This document shows, piece after piece, positions 63,501 through 64,000 of a stretch of DNA of 64,000 nt. The position numbers and the translations under genes were made by a program. Each line of letters opens with the position of its first letter. Within the stretch, counting starts at the first letter, position 1. The notes under the pieces were generated by a model, which was not told where the DNA came from, did no database searches, and worked only from the letters and a program-made list of their open reading frames with translations. This DNA is from Antedon mediterranea (Eukaryota > Animalia > Echinodermata), in assembly GCF_964355755.1 (NCBI RefSeq), contig NC_092672.1:7006001-7070000 (forward strand), read 5' to 3'.

Positions 63501-64000
63501 ATCCCCCTTATCAAGATCTGCCCTATTATGTTTAGACCATGCACGATGCTCCTTACAAGCACGTTTACGTTCTTGAATGGCAGTGTCTATTGTCTTATCC
63601 CACCATTGTTTACTTTTGCTTTTAACATCCTTAAAGCCAATTGTATTATTAGTAACTGAAATAAGAGTATCTTTCCATTTTTCCCAACCATAATTTATAT
63701 CACTAATATCCTCAAGGTTATTATTAAACCAAATGTTGTCAAATTTATCAATAATTGAATTTTTGTAAGCAGACCAGTCTTGATCGCTTTTAATATTCCA
63801 AACTTGTCGTTTATTATCATTCGAATTTTTTACATTAGTATTATATTCAAATTTAAGATAGGCTAGTAGCACATTATGGTCACTACCCATGTGGTAGTTT
63901 CTTTCCTCATCGATGACCATTTTATGTATAAATTTATCGACACTACACGAGGAAAGCACATAATCAATGCAGCTTGAGTGTGGGTGTCTAAACCAAGTTA
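60598..64000 (-). mobile_element. Non-LTR retrotransposon (RTE-X-like), running off the window end
   Basis: Contains the intact ORF2 below, an ~480-bp 3' UTR and a (TAT)n tail near 60598-60622. Confidence 0.85.
61089..63998 (-). CDS. LINE ORF2: APE endonuclease (C-terminal part) - reverse transcriptase - C-terminal CCHC zinc motif
   Basis: The frame stays open to the window end (TW...SCIDY, SDH); KAPGVDG, NYRGITL, FLDFRKAFDTV, GVKQGCVLSP.LF, WADD, YKYLG, C..C....EDL.HF...C. Confidence 0.93.
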   Translation of the reverse strand, partial: TWFRHPHSSCIDYVLSSCSVDKFIHKMVIDEERNYHMGSDHNVLLAYLKFEYNTNVKNSNDNKRQVWNIKSDQDWSAYKNSIIDKFDNIWFNNNLEDISDINYGWEKWKDTLISVTNNTIGFKDVKSKSKQWWDKTIDTAIQERKRACKEHRAWSKHNRADLDKGDALWKDYKMKKTQAKNVIKNKMMQLKVDKSVAIAKAGGQSSKDFWNELRGPKKVIVPSNLKIPDSTQVTSDKQVMANLIKIYWSNLGNQTGVNTYNDIVINSHVSDIRENYINYVNDDPQKVLDDIRISFEDVKSSILRSKNNKAPGVDGITNELLKNGGDCLIRSLTYLFNYFVKSEKIPTEWNKGIIIPIHKKGSKNDLNNYRGITLSSCVAKIFNRIICDRISEFLESNSILTEIQGGFRKNHRCEDHIFTLKSILATRNAENKLTYLAFLDFRKAFDTVWRNGLLSIAWNTGIRGKVWKIIDKLYTNVKCNVKFGDIVTDYFDVDEGVKQGCVLSPTLFCIFINELSKMLYNENVGCHTLGTKISCLFWADDVVLIAKDENDLEKMLSIAGIFSKKWKLNFNYDKSNVVVVGKRTNKTKQWPLVNHFIKEVDCYKYLGVNISRNFSESIHVNDVVRKGNRLIGYIKSIFNEQEDFNRIYFGNILWKTIALPSINYACAISAYSASDYKKIENIQLQMAKTLLKAPRNTPSLALLGDLGWDSIENTHNEIKIKYFDRLINLEAHRWPKLLLHALFTLHDNNVNIKWRWLNSIKSILNNTGFNHVFSNNIPIDSAWFKSFKCVNRQMYELDWFNKSCTKPSLSLYVKLKKMPELENYLTVKTDFHGAQLKFKARSNTLQLESRLSKWDMNNTGNCMLCKDEPEDLYHFMLNCKVLQEVRISEFECLEQNLNDSGLSDLWNSLQLNNSEVILMIILGGDCSVLIPTMSINMVNKAHDILDKFCKSYLKKAWAFRQRIKSNTIE

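Overview
AT-rich eukaryotic (metazoan invertebrate; a marine deuterostome such as an echinoderm is my inference) genomic DNA with GT-AG introns. The window holds a tandem + strand cluster of GRL101/RXFP-type (LGR type C) LDLa-LRR-7TM GPCR genes. Gene A (1-9817) has its 5' part outside the window. Gene B (23704-43249) is complete: 27 coding exons, about 2085 aa, signal peptide - 34x YPDSTS-like repeat - 7 SRCR - C-type-lectin-like - LDLa - kringle - 6 LDLa - LRRNT/5 LRR - rhodopsin-class 7TM - cytoplasmic tail. Gene C (44547-50681) is a 5'-truncated but otherwise intact copy of B. A decayed 3' remnant of an A-like gene and its downstream flank lies at about 51138-57620. Introns and intergenic DNA are full of transposons: a 6.4-kb nested stack of four Helentron/HINE-like elements (13954-20345), a non-autonomous Helitron family, MITEs (Kolobok-, IS3EU-, Harbinger-, Academ- and Crypton-like), LINE fragments, and an apparently intact LINE ORF2 running off the right end. 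Exon boundaries were read by eye; family assignments rest on motif recognition only, with no database search.
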